A stretch of DNA of 64,000 nucleotides from Octopus sinensis (taxonomy: Eukaryota): assembly GCF_006345805.1 (NCBI RefSeq), contig NC_042998.1, positions 75,392,001 to 75,456,000 on the forward strand. Reading direction: 5' to 3'. The stretch's first letter is position 1, and the number at the start of each line of letters is the position of its first letter. This document shows, in pieces, positions 41,158-52,946 of the stretch. Both the position numbers and the translations under genes were made by a program. The notes under the pieces were generated by a model that was not told the DNA's origin, made no database searches, and saw only the letters and a list, made by a program, of their open reading frames with translations.

Positions 41158-41700
41158 CTCTTTTCCTTTTATTCTTGTACCTCATCCTCTCTTTGGACTA
41201 CGGCCATGCCGTGTCACCGCCTTGAAACGTTCAGTCGATTAAAACGACCTTCATCGTGTCTTAGGTCATGAATTATTTGAATTGGGTCTTGTTATGTCGA
41301 ACCGCTAGTTTATGAGGACTTTAACCCAACACTGGTTGTCAAGGAGCGAGACACAATAGCAAAAATCACACATACACACACAGATACAGAAACACATACA
41401 TACATACATGCATACATTTAGCTGAAATTTACAGAAAAACAAAATATGAAAGCAGGTGTATAAACAACATGCAGTTATATTAGTTTGATAGTCGGGAAGG
41501 TGTGAAAGTCGTTTACGTTTCGAGCCTACGCTTTTCAATAGAAAATAAACTGAGAGAGAATTCGGTGTGTTGCATTCCATCACTTGATAAATGCAAAAAA
41601 TAGATTTAAAAAAACGACGTAACGTATACTGAATGTAAAAATGAACGGGAGACAAACAGGTTCGTAATTCTTCATCAGTTATCGACCAATTGATAATATT
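41158..41700 (-). mobile_element. SINE B 3' fragment followed by a Penelope-type pLTR fragment
   Basis: 41158-41400 matches the SINE B tail. 41420-41550 is homologous to 2060-2190, with a degenerate hammerhead at about 41510-41545. Confidence 0.65.
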
Positions 41701-42429
41701 CAGTTTCGCACCTTTAACGATAATACTGAGTGCTTCCCAATTGGTGGTACCCGGAAAAAAGTTTTCTTGCGGAGAACTAGGGACAAGAGCAAACGTTTTG
41801 TTTGTTTGGGTTCGTTTGACCTGTCCCTAATTCTCAGCAAGAAAACCTTTTCCGGTGGGCACCGCCAACTGGTATATATATGTATATATATATATGCAAT
41901 GAAATTAAATCTGACTGAAACCGGTAATAGCCTCAAAGAATGGACATTGTCAATGCTAGTTTGGAAGAGAAATGACAGCACTAAATATGAAACACTCAAA
42001 AAATATTTAGAAATAATAGATACAATATTTGATATTAATAATTATCTAAGTAATGGGGTAAATTTGACTGATTACAAAATACCTCATTAATTTGTGAACA
42101 CCAATTAAATTGTTTTAGCAATGGCATTATATTCTTACGATGACACGGTATTACTGAGAATTAATTACCTTACTTACTTCAAACATATTCATATTTTGAC
42201 TCGCGGCTAAACTATATCTAATTAAGGATGTGCAAATGTAAAAGTGTTCATCGTCTTCTTCAATATATGAAGTAGCTTCAATAATAGAATCAGCAGAATT
42301 TTATATTTTCATTCAAAGCTAATGATGATGGCGATAATGGCGATTATGGTGATGATGAGAAGAAGAAGAAGAAGAAGAAGAAGAAGAAGAAGAAGAAGAA
42401 GAAGAAGAAGAAGAAGAAGAAGAAGAAGA

Positions 42430-45130
42430 AGCCAAAAGTTACAGAAATATGAGAACACAAGGATCTCTTGCATGAGGCGAAATCAAAGAACGCCTGATAC
42501 AAGAGATCGTTGCTTAAATCGCAAAATCCAACAGTATGAGGAACAAGATTCTTTGAAGAAAACAAACAGTTCGACTGCGACTCAAAAAGAAGTTATCAAG
42601 AACTAGGCAAAAATAAACAGAAATCAATGCAGCAATAGTAACGCAGTGAAAAATTTACAAAGAATGATAAAAACAAACAGTTTGCAGAATTGTTGAATGG
42701 ATTCTTCAAAGGTTCATATGGCTGTGAAGATAATTACTGATTAACAAAGCCTTAAGCGAAGGTTAGAAAAAGGGAAGGAAAGGTTTAAGCATGGATTGAC
42801 GTTCACGAAGCTTTTGACAGTAGTTCTTAAGTGTGTATCCTGGAAATAATATCCATGAGAAAGATAATGCCAATATTAAGAAGCTATATGTAGTATGCCA
42901 TGAGTTACAGTCAAACAATTTGGCAGAAAACGACAAAGGAGGTATCTATGAAAACTAAATCTACTTCAATTAGAAAAGGAATAATGTAAAAATATTCCTC
43001 ACTCTACCCTTTTTCTGTTGTCGCTAATACCTATAGCCAGCATTTTAAAAAGGGATGAACTTGACACAATACTATGGTGGGAATAGTCAGCTTTTGTTTT
43101 GCTTTGTTTTGTTTTGTTTTTGTATGTAGACGTCTTCATGCTGTACCTTGCAGATGATAAACAACTAGAAACACTATTAAAGAGGGCATATGAATTTACC
43201 AAAAAAAAAAACTGAAGAAAGTAGACTTCATTAAGAACATTAATATAATACTAAAGAAAGAAACTATGATAAAATAATCGTAAGTGAAACATACAAGTAT
43301 ACTTAGGAATAATACGCACATACACACAAATAAAAGATCTATTATATACGCATTAGATTAATACTAAAACCTGTGATAGATACAAAAGAAGGAGTAATGA
43401 ATATCAGTAATTTCCGTGTCACAGTAATAATTTAAATTTATAATATCTTCAATTGGACACCAAAGGAGGTAAGGCCACTAGATGTTCTCCGCTCCCTACT
43501 TGTTCCAAATAGATAAGAGAAGTGAATCATCAGAAATGAAACATTCTGGTATTGTGAGAGCGTGTAGCAAGTTGGCTTAGAAAGAATACAAAAGAAGATA
43601 TGATTATATAGCTACTAGGTATGTTATTTTTGGAGATTCTGTGAGAACTGCAGTGTTGAAAGGACATTGAAATGGTACGAGTATGAAGCAGAAGGTAAAA
43701 TCCCACAAAAGCTTAGACTCATTATTCTTGGTGACCCATGAAAAATGAGTGTAAGATTTTGTGGGATTTCACAATCTGTTGTGATTCAGTGGTTGAGGCT
43801 CGGAGACCAGACGTTATTGTAGTTGACAAAATGAAGAAAATCAAGATCATAGATATTGTCATACCTGGGGATGTACGAGTGGATGTTGAAGAACTGCAAA
43901 AGATAGAGAAGTACGTGACACTAAAAGATGAGACTGCACGAATGTGAGCAAAGTAACTGTAATCCTCAAAGTTGTCGGGACATTGGGAACAACCAGGTTT
44001 GAGAAATTTATTGGAGAAACTAAGATTGACATGAAAATAGAGCATGCTCAGAAAGCTGCTATATTGAGGAAAGCGAGGATTTTGCAATTGGTACTTGGAT
44101 GTTAAGTATCGTGGAAGAAGATCCGGTGAGACTCTTGACAACGAGTTGTCCGCTCTCGCAGAATTAGCTGGAGCAAATAAAATTGAGAACTCTGAGAAGT
44201 GATTAGAAAATTGTTAATAAAAATATAAAACATTGGAATACTGAATTAACTAAAGTAAAACAAAGACTTAGAAAAAGCAACATTAGGCGTAGAATATTTC
44301 AATGTGATAGGTTATCTCCATTCCTCTTTGTATTGGCCATGATACCGCTCAGTTTGATATTGCGAAAAGTTAAAATAGCTTACGATTTGGGAAAAGGATA
44401 TTGTCAGATAAATCATCTCCTTTTATGTATGATATAAAGATGTATGGGGAAATGGGAAACAGCTTGAAAGTCTTACAAATATTGTTCGCATTTTCTCAAA
44501 TGATGTAGGCGTGTAATTTTGGATAAGAAAATGCGCTATTTTAAAAAAGAAACGATGACGATTTGAAGTTAGCCAGGAAATTGAAATACTAAATGGTCAA
44601 ACAATGAAAGCAGTTGAGAAAAGACAATGGTATATGTATTTAGGGATACTGGAAGAAGATGAAATATTAGACGAAGAGACAAAACAAGTTAGCAGTAGGG
44701 AGTATACGGGGAGAGTGAGAAAAATATTACAGTCAAAGTTGAATTTAAAATATCGAATCAGTAAAGACAAGAGCACTACCGGTAATCAAATATGAAATTG
44801 GAATTGCTGACTGGACTAAAAACGACACACAGAACCTTTACAGAAAAACTAGAAACTTGTTGACAATGTGCGGAGCACATTACCTGTAAGCTAATATCAA
44901 CCAGTTATGCACGAAGAGACACAAGGGGGGAAGAGGCTTAATTGCTGTGAAAGAAAAAGCCTTCTAGAATTTTTACAGAACGGCACAGTGAATAAGGAGC
45001 TCCAGAAAACAGCGTTAGTAGGGACTGCTAGGATACTTAGTAAGGTTTTTGGCATCTAGCATTACTTGTTGTAGCCCCATGTTGAGAAATTTTCTTTCCA
45101 AAACTTTAATCTCTTGCGCATATATGAAAT
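42430..45130 (+). mobile_element. Rearranged R4/Dong-like retrotransposon remnants (RT and RLE pieces)
   Basis: WIDVHEAFDS; IRRRIFQCDRLSPFLFVLAMIPL (RT QGD.LSP motif); CKILWDFTI...RRPDVIVVD...IIDIVIPGD...KIEKY (RLE); terminal ELQKTALVGTARIL followed by aataataat. Preceded by (GAA)n at 42358-42430. Confidence 0.8.
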
Positions 45131-47421
45131 AATAATAGCAATAAATTCCCTCATGCAGGTACTGGCTCTCATGGCTTCTGATCTTAACTAATTGGAAGTG
45201 TTATCATGTATGTTTTGTATTGGTATAAAAGATGGCTACAGTAAATATTCTGCTAAGGACCGCATGTCAATTCCCTGATGTTAACCATTTGAGCTTGTGA
45301 CCTTAGTGGCTACGATATGTGCATCTGTGATCATAAGTAGTAGTATAGGAGTATCATAGCCATGTGTTGAGAGGAATTCTTTGGAGTTTGAATAATTCAC
45401 CTCTGGAAACACGGGTGTTTCGTTCATAAGTCTTAAACAAAATTTATTCAGGGACCTTTTGATCAGGGTGGATTATTTGACCTGAAGAAAATTCTAACTG
45501 GCCCCACCTCAAAGGTCATACATTGTTTGTCTTGATATGAGATTACCGTGTCGCGCAATATGTTTTTCACGCATGTACCTGGTGTGCTCTTATTAGACGA
45601 GTAGTCATGAGGAGTATACTGATGGCATGCACTGCTCTATCACATAATAATAACAATGGTTTCAACTTTTAGCACAAGGACAACAATTACATCGATCCCA
45701 GTACATGACTAGTAGCTGCCACATACTGGTACTTTATCAATCTTGAAAGACTGAAAGGCAAACTTGACCAAAGTATTCAAACATGATATTCCAGCGCTGC
45801 TCCAAGTTCGGCAAAATGTATTTGAAATCTTCGAGGTTACACATAAGAATCGGATCTGTAAGATAAAGGTAATTGGTTCTCTCGAAACAGAGGTAGTCGA
45901 TAGTTTGAATATTTGTCAGTCAGAACAAAGTGAACGGAGAACAAAATACATTGAAGGAAATATAAACAGGGACTATAATCCAGTAGCATTTTTTTCCTTC
46001 TGCAGATTTTGTCATACAGATGTTAAAAAAATACTACAAGTGAATTAAGATTTTCAGTCTAAGATCACTATGACTTATTTATGAAAGCAATAAACAGCTA
46101 TGTACTGAACTTCGCTTTATATGTGTATCTAAAAATCTTTATACGTTTTATATTCTATTTTTATATCATTGACGACAAGAAACATGTGCAACTTTTATGT
46201 CAATAATAATTAATGTTGGATGATTCACACCAGAAAAAAAATAAGATTAATGCCTTTGTAGTATAAGGTATCGAATCAAGATAACATTATAATTTGAGCT
46301 CAATGCGAGATTGCTCAAGTAAAATTTTGATAATATTCTTGTTAATATTTTTTGTGCTATTTAGATATTTTAATATTCAGGAGAATTATTGCAATTATTT
46401 TGCTCATGAAGTCTGACTGAAACTATTAACATGAAAATAATATTGTTCCGATTACAGAGTAGTAATCTCATATTACTTTTAATAACCAACATTAACTTTT
46501 ATTAGCTTAATGCATACAATCGTTATCACCTACACACAGAGACTAGCTTAGAGGACATTTAGAAGTTAATATGTATAATTTAAAAAGATTCACACTTAAA
46601 CGTGTTTCAGCCGTCCTCCAACACATTATTTCTTCTTACTATTCCTTCCGATATACTGCAGCAATACGTTTATATCTATTCCAATGACGTGCTGAAAATA
46701 TCAGTAAAATTTCCTTACAAATCACACCTTAAAAGCTTTAACATGTAAGGACATATTGAATAATGTCGTTTAGAAATATGACAGTATGAACACGTACGTA
46801 GAACCTTTCGTTTTTAAACCTGCTATTTTAGTAGTTGACCTGGATACGAAAACAAAAGCAAGAGCCATCCAGTACACACCCTCATACATCATTTATTACC
46901 TTTAAAAGAACGTCAAGTATTTGATTGGCAAAGATTCCTTGCACACTACAAGCACAAACAGACGAACTTTTTGTTCTTTCGATCCCTTCCATTGTTACTA
47001 CAATGACATGCTCTCCTCTAAAATAATAGCATGCACATTGCACGCAGCTAACACACTATATATCTAACTTCTACCCTTTATTCTTACTGTGTATCAAATC
47101 CAAAATCCTCACCACACCGTGTAGATTTGGCCTACAAATGTTCACATTCTGATCTCACCATACATTAAAAGCATCGACATAGACTAGTCACTTCTTTTGA
47201 CTGATGTAACCAGCTTCACAATTTATTTAGACAAAGGTCATTTCCTATTGAATAGAATAACCAAGCAACTCTACCAAACCAGAAACTAATTGATAATGTT
47301 TTTTTTTCTAAATATATGGAGAGAATGCACCACCTATTAGTATTTTTGTGCATTGCAACGTTTATATACTTTAAAATGCATTTGTTCTGGTGGCACAAGC
47401 AGCTTGAAAAGGTATACATAT

Positions 47422-48120
47422 AGGTGCAGGCGTGGCTGTGTGGTAAGAATTTTGCTTTAAGACCACATGGTTCCGGGTTCAGTCCCACTGCGTGACACCT
47501 TTGTTATGTGTCTTCTGTTGTAGCTTCGAGCCGACCACAGCTTTATGAGTGGATTTGGTAGACAGAAACTGAAAGAAACCCCGTCATATATGTATGTATG
47601 TGTGTGTATCCACATATATGTATGTACATATGTGTGTGTATGTGTTTGTCCCCACCTTAATAACTGGTTTTGGTTTGTTTACCTGCCTATAACTCAGCGG
47701 TTGAGCACAGAAACTGATATAATAAGTACTATGCTTTAAGAAAAATAAGTACTAGGGTTAATTTGTTCGACTAAACCCTTCTCGATGGTGCCCCAGCATG
47801 GCAGCAGTCAAGTGACTAAAATAAGTAAGAGATAAAAGATATGTATGCCATAAACCTATGTATACACACATAAAACAAAATATTAGTAATACTCTTACTC
47901 TTTTATTTGTTTCAGTCATATGACTGTGGCCATGCTGGAGCACCGCCTTTAGTCGCGCAAATCGACCCCAGGACTTATTCTTCGTAAGCCTGTACTTATT
48001 CTATCGGTCTCTTTTGCCGAACCGCTAAGTTACAGGGACGTAAACACACCAGCATCGGTTGTCAAGCGATATTGGGTGGACAAACACAGACACACAAACA
48101 TATACACACGCATATATATA

Positions 48121-48162
<42 letters not shown>

Positions 48163-48318
48163 TACGACGGGATTGTTTCAGTTTCCGTCTACTAAATCCA
48201 CTCAGAAGGCTTTGGTCGGTCCGAGGCAATAGTAGAAGACACTTGCCCAAGGTGCCACGTAGTGGGACTGAACCCGAAACCATTTGGTTGGTAAGCAAGC
48301 TACTTACCACACAGCCAC
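47422..48318. mobile_element. Two SINE B copies in tail-to-tail inverted orientation (47422-47838 +, 47893-48318 -)
   Basis: Both match 24969-25372. Confidence 0.9.
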
Positions 48319-48511
48319 ATAATATTTTCTTCATGATCAACCGCGAAAAACAAATAAGTTCTCAATGCATGCTGCAATGACACATATTCCTGGATAGAAT
48401 TCCGATTGAACAATAAGATTATTTTGAAATGTCAACAGTAATGTGACTTGTATGAAATCAATAGTGACCTATCCTATGATATTTTGTCTAAAAGCATTAC
48501 AAATACTTTAT

Positions 48512-48725
48512 GCAGTGAGTTGGCAGAATCGTTTACACGCCAGGTAAAATGCTAACGGCATTTTGTCCGTCTTCGTGTTCTGAGTTCCAATTCCACCGAA
48601 GTTGACGTTACATTTCATCCTTTCGAGGTCGATGAAATAAGTACCAGTTGGAAACTGAGAACGTTGTCCTCGACTTAGCCCTTCCCCGAAATAGCTGGCT
48701 TAGTGCTAAAATTTGAAACCAATAT
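48512..48725 (+). mobile_element. SINE family A (diverged)
   Basis: gagttggcagaatcg...tttcatcctttcgaggtcgatgaaataagtaccag. Confidence 0.8.
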
Positions 48726-48904
48726 TACAAAGACTTGTATGAAATAATGGTATATTGAATTCATTAATTTAAAACGTAAGTAAATGGCTATAGAGTACGA
48801 AAAGCATAAAAGCGATAAATGTTTAGTTTTATTAAAATCTTATGCCACATTTAAAGAGCACAAACAGAATAGTTAATATATATAATCCATTTTATATGAC
48901 TGAA

Positions 48905-49020
48905 TGAGGAGGAGGAGGAGGGGAGGAGGGGGGAGGGGAGGAGGGGGAGGAGGGGGAGGAGGAAGATGGGGGGAGGAGGAGGGGGAGGAGGGGGAGGATG
49001 ATGATGATGATGATGATGAT
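48905..49020. repeat. (GGA/GGG)n then (GAT)n low-complexity tract
   Basis: Direct reading; G-quadruplex-prone. Confidence 0.9.
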
Positions 49021-49382
49021 CGTCATTATTATCGTGAGGATTATAAACATGATGGCCATGATCAGAATCATTTCGACCAAAATGGTGATTTTTCACGAAT
49101 AATAAAAATAAAGTTTATGGTACGAGTGAGATGATGATTACCTTTGTGATGTAGTCGTTATATTTGTTACTATTGTTGCTGTTTAATCCTTGTCAGCTGC
49201 GATCTCGAAGAAGTCTATATACTCAAAGTCTTTCAAGTTGTGTCCATGTCTGTGTATCTGTTATATATCAAATGTAGTATTAGTTGTGTAAGACTACTAG
49301 GAGATCCAGCTACTTTACCAGATGGACCGTATATAATAGGTATTTCCAACAATTCAACATTGAAACCACCAGCTCATCAAAA

Positions 49383-49784
49383 TCTATTCGTAGACGTGGT
49401 GCCGGTGGGACGGTGTCACATGCGACGGGTAGGCCAAGCTCCAGCGGCGCGAGGCCGGCATGGCGTCAAATCGAAGGAAGACTGATCGGATGAGACCGAC
49501 AGCCCCCACCCCCCGCGGCTGTCATCGGACTCTCATTCGGTATGAGCACTGAAGTGGCCTAGTTTCCTGGACGGGACGCGAGGCCAGGAGCAAGCCGGAA
49601 AGGCAGGCACCTACGCCCCACCACCTCTTCTCCCCGGGCCGGCTGAAGCGGGCACCCGTGCAGTGCGAACGCGAGCTCAATGCACAGGGAGTTCCCGGTC
49701 TATTAGAGTGGAGCGGGGGCCACTTCGCCAGTAGCACCAGCGGCACAGGCTGGAGCTTCGCGTAACCCCAGATACTGCCACCAC
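49383..49784 (+). ncRNA. Unidentified GC-rich, highly structured RNA-like element
   Basis: About 65% GC by hand count. Nested helices 49404-49417/49771-49782, 49436-49445/49749-49758, 49485-49504/49517-49541, 49551-49559/~49718-49726 and 49564-49570/49584-49590. G-U pairs and UUCG/GGAAA loops favour the + strand. Confidence 0.55.
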
Positions 49785-50326
49785 TAGTAAAAGTAATTTA
49801 ATATGCATCATATATGTATAAATCAGTAAAACAATTCATTTCGTTCTCCATAAGGTGCCACTGCATGGCATCACGAGCAACTGTCTTCAAATAATACTAT
49901 TTCCGCCGTTAAAACGCACTTTTACTCTGCCTGCGATACCAATGACTCATTAATTGCTGTATATGCGAAATTTCGCTTTGTAATTGATTGTTAGAGGATA
50001 CTTCTTACCGATGACGCAGAAATCATATAATCTAGTAAGTTCTGCTGCTGCTACTGCCATTGCTACTGCTGCTGCTGCTGCTGTCGCTGGAAACTTTTCT
50101 CCCGCTACTGATACTTTCGTGCTTTTTTCGCTCTATACATCTTTACGAGATGCTTTCTCGAGACGAATGCCGTAGTACTGTGGCGTTCTTGAAATATATC
50201 CTCGTTAAGTAAGATACACAGATTATAATTCTGTACTAATACTGATTATTTATAATAATATATATATGCAAGCATATATGTATGCATGTATGTATGTATG
50301 TATAGCTAGCTAGCCAGCTAGCTAGC

Positions 50327-50375
<49 letters not shown>

Positions 50376-50503
50376 TGAGAGATGCGTAATGAGGGAGAGA
50401 GAGATAGGTTTTGTTTCTTTTATTTTTCATCGGCAAAATAAAATTTGCAAACTGACTTAAAGGGTGAGTTATATGCGTGTATATATATACATACACACAC
50501 ACG

Positions 50504-50579
<76 letters not shown>

Positions 50580-50584
<5 letters not shown>

Positions 50585-50750
50585 ATCCAAACAAGAAAGC
50601 ACAAAAAAACACAACAACGCGAGGACGTGGAACAAATATAGTATTATTGGACGCTCAGGAAAGAAGGAAAGAAGGAGGGTTTAACGTTTCGAGCGGAGCT
50701 CTTCGTCGGAAACATAGGAGAAGGAAAGATCCAGAGAAGGGAAGACACGA
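50580..50750 (-). mobile_element. Penelope-type solo pLTR with minimal hammerhead (50679-50713)
   Basis: Minus strand: gttt-CCGACGA-a-gagc(tcc)gctc-GAA-acgt-t-aaac. Confidence 0.7.
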
Positions 50751-50754
50751 GGTC

Positions 50755-50870
50755 GGTATCTATGAGATACCGCCACAATGGAAATAGCACCCTAAACCTG
50801 ACTCTCAAACCAGATTTTTAGAGTCAGGTTTTGGCTGCTTTTTCCAGCATGGTAATATCTCTTAGATACC
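50755..50870. mobile_element. Small foldback MITE
   Basis: About 51-bp imperfect TIRs ggtatct..gagata....aaacctgactct / agagtcaggttt....tatctc..agatacc around a 14-nt spacer. Confidence 0.65.
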
Positions 50871-50979
50871 CTAAATTATAATTTTAATAATAATTATTAC
50901 CTATGAAGGTTTTTATTCCCATGCTGGCCACTTGATAAGATCGATATTTAAATTAACGATCTTATCCTTATTTCTATAA

Positions 50980-51014
<35 letters not shown>

Positions 51015-51304
51015 TGTATGTATGTATGTATGTATGTATATGCGCGCGTGTGTTGGATGTGTGTGTAAAAATATATTACTTTGTTCGTGCGAATTTCTGC
51101 TTATATGATTGTGTTTACATCGCTTAAGACCGCTATTTTCGGGTATACCTCCTACCTCAACAGTCTGACTAATAGATGACAATCCATTAGATACTGAACA
51201 GTTATGCTGTCGTAAATGTTCCGGTGTAAAATATATTAGCTACTGACTTGCGAATACGAATATGTACAGCAGCAGAGTATCAATAAAAAAATTCATTGGT
51301 TGTA

Positions 51305-51715
51305 GTGGCGAGCTGGCAGAAACGTTAGCATGTCGGGCGAAATGCTTAGCGGTATTTCGTCTGCCATTACGTTCTGAGTTCAAATTCCGCCGAAGTCGAC
51401 TTTGCCTTTCATCCTTTCGGGGTCGATAAATTAAGTACCAGTTACGCACTGGGGTCGATATAATCGACTTAATCCGTCTGTCTCTCCTTGTTTGTCTCCT
51501 CTGTGTTTAGCCCGTTGACGGTAGTAAAGAAATAGGTATTTCGTCTGCCGCTACGTTCTGAGTTCAAATTCCGCTGTGGTCGACTTTGCCTTTCATCCTT
51601 TCGGAGTCGATTAAATAAGTACCAGTTACGCACTGGGGTCGATATAATCGACTTAATCCGTTTGTCTGCCTTTGTTTCCTCTCTGTGTTTAGCCACTTGT
51701 GGGTAGTAAAGAAAT
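51305..51715 (+). mobile_element. SINE family A with duplicated 3' two-thirds
   Basis: Same dimeric layout as 9921-10344. Confidence 0.9.
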
Positions 51716-52575
51716 ATGTATTTAGTTACATCCTGCTCTGGTTACTTAGATTCCATTTTTCAGGACTAGACACCTCTATTCTTTCACATCAGATGATTTC
51801 TCAGGGAGATTGCTGCAATTTATGGCGTTTTCCCAGCATATGCATATAAAGTTGGATGCACAAATAAACATTCGTTAGAAAGACTCGTTCCGTTACTAAC
51901 ATCTAATAAACACTAGTTCTGTACTGGAGCAGATTTAATCCACAATATCCCTATACTTGTATGTTTCAATGTTTGAGTTTGCTTGTAAGTTGGAGTTTAT
52001 ATTTAAGCACTACGCAAAAAGAAATAACGAGATGTAATGGAATAATTAGTAAAATACAGTTTATTTTAAAATATTTATTTACTGTTTCATTCATATATAT
52101 ATATATATATATAGAAAAAGATGCATTCATTGAAATATTTCTGTGATGAGGAACAAGTATGTTAATATAAGCATTTGTATACACATATAAATATATAGAC
52201 ATAATTACATACGATTATGAATACATATATATTATTATAAGAGAACTTTATAATTAACATATTGTTCTAAATATGCTGAAAGGAAATAGGCCTTTGATAA
52301 AATCAATTATATGATTTTGTTAAATATATAAATATCTTAAATATTAAATGAAAACAATAATGAAATTAAAATACTTGCTGATGTTAAAGCTATTAATCAA
52401 TTAAAATTATAGCATATAATTACTCTTTAGATTTGGTTCAATAATTAAAAACGGGATGATAATTCCATATTAATAAACTTATGTTAGTGGTAATACAATA
52501 ATTCAAATAATGGCATAAAGAGCAAACGGAAAATACACACTATAAGATTCGAATTTAGAGGTACTTTCTGGAAAT

Positions 52576-52702
<127 letters not shown>

Positions 52703-52726
52703 CATATGTATATATACATATATATA

Positions 52727-52820
<94 letters not shown>

Positions 52821-52946
52821 TGTATATATAGACTTAGATAAACTTAGATATGTTTCGACCAAAGATTGATCCAGGCCATGTCTCACTTAATAGCACCACC
52901 TGATAGGATTATTCGAATCATGTTTAAGTCAAGTTTTGTTTATGGT

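Noticed and set aside
49240-49746. Short ORFs overlapping the GC island
   Set aside because: 69-81 aa with no recognisable domain; expected by chance in GC-rich sequence.
49370-49780. RNase P/MRP, 7SK, telomerase RNA, SRP or tmRNA identity for the GC island
   Set aside because: There are loose echoes of RNase P words (ggaagactga, gagctcaatg, taaccccagatact), but P4 does not pair properly. No CTAACCCT template, paired 7SK GATC motifs, SRP helix 8 or tRNA-like T-loop was found.
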